Source: an uncultured Bacilli bacterium (GTDB lineage Bacteria > Bacillota_I > Bacilli_A > RF39 > UBA660). Taken from it: a DNA stretch of 41,925 nucleotides. The notes under the pieces were generated by a model, which was not told the DNA's origin, made no database searches, and worked only from the letters and a program-made list of their open reading frames with translations. Shown here in pieces: positions 41,644 through 41,925 of this stretch. How positions within the stretch are numbered: the stretch's first letter is position 1; each line of letters begins with the position of its first letter. The stretch spans positions 1 through 41,925 of the forward strand of contig CALVSM010000002.1 in NCBI GenBank assembly GCA_944359025.1. The letters run 5' to 3'. The position numbers were made by a program, and so were the translations under genes.

Positions 41644-41925
41644 TTAAGGTTTTAAAGCTGTTATTGGTACTATATAAATTCCTGTCTTAGGATCTTTAGC
41701 AATAACATCAGTATATCCTACTATAACACACATAAATTTAGGTTTTTTTATCATATTATCATATAAATTTAATAGATTTTTTTTAGCTTCTTCAACTTGA
41801 TTAAAACCTAATTTTATTTCCACAATAGCATATTCGCCATCACTAAACTCCAATATAGAATCAGCTTCTAAACCAGTAACATTATCTCTAAAGTGATATA
41901 ATTTACCATTTAAATATTCCATATA
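41644..41925 (-). CDS. C-terminal part of a DUF4143-type (AAA_14 ATPase-associated, PD-(D/E)xK-like) protein; runs off the right edge
   Basis: The LYHFRDNVTGLEADSILEFSDGEYAIVEIKLG pattern (YWRD..G.EVDFV....aIEVK) is typical of the DUF4143 C-terminus. The reading frame is open to the window end. Confidence 0.5.
   Translation of the reverse strand, partial: YMEYLNGKLYHFRDNVTGLEADSILEFSDGEYAIVEIKLGFNQVEEAKKNLLNLYDNMIKKPKFMCVIVGYTDVIAKDPKTGIYIVPITALKP

Overview
This is an AT-rich (about 25-30% G+C by eye) chromosomal segment from a spore-forming, small-genome Bacillota, probably Erysipelotrichales/Bacilli-like, using the standard genetic code. Almost everything is on the minus strand. All family calls come from motif recognition by eye; no searches were run.

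Backbone genes:
- tsf (partial) and rpsB.
- Scattered sporulation genes: spoIIIAH, gerE, gerM, spoIIID, yqfC, yqfD, ylbD, ylbE, spoIIAA, sigF and spoVAC/AD/AEB.
- lepA, and a Val T-box leader in front of an HD-domain gene and valS.
- recO, yqzL, era and ybeY.
- tRNA-Ser(GCU) and uvrA.
- A contiguous NAD salvage cluster next to nrtR: pncA-pncB-nudix-prs-nadE-nadD-nadK.

Accessory content:
- A solo IS605/IS1341-type tnpB.
- A 651-bp cassette with a truncated AlbA_2/Schlafen-like gene, bracketed by 55-bp direct repeats of the recO 3' end.
- A partial DUF4143-type gene at the right edge.

The standout locus is 7.3-12.5 kb, where two type IV pilin-like genes flank a YfhO-family GT-C membrane protein.
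- The large pilin-like gene (7394..9425, minus) has a pilin N-terminus paralogous to the small canonical pilin (12018..12428).
- That N-terminus is fused to two DUF1566/C-type-lectin-like modules.
- Each module ends in a GC-rich cassette (7457..7537 and 8135..8212). The two cassettes differ from each other only at codon positions 1-2 of NNC codons.
- Each cassette is followed by an identical 39-nt block containing a perfect 9-bp hairpin. This is the footprint of diversity-generating retroelement (DGR) adenine mutagenesis.
- No reverse transcriptase, Avd or template repeat is visible in this window.
- The same gene carries a G12 homopolymer (9389..9400) eight codons after its ATG. As sequenced it puts the gene out of frame, so G11 or G14 would switch it ON.
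- Together this suggests an adhesin-like tip pilin under both phase variation and targeted hypermutation.

A secondary oddity is a spoIIA operon with no spoIIAB, in which the SpoIIAA phospho-serine is replaced by Cys.
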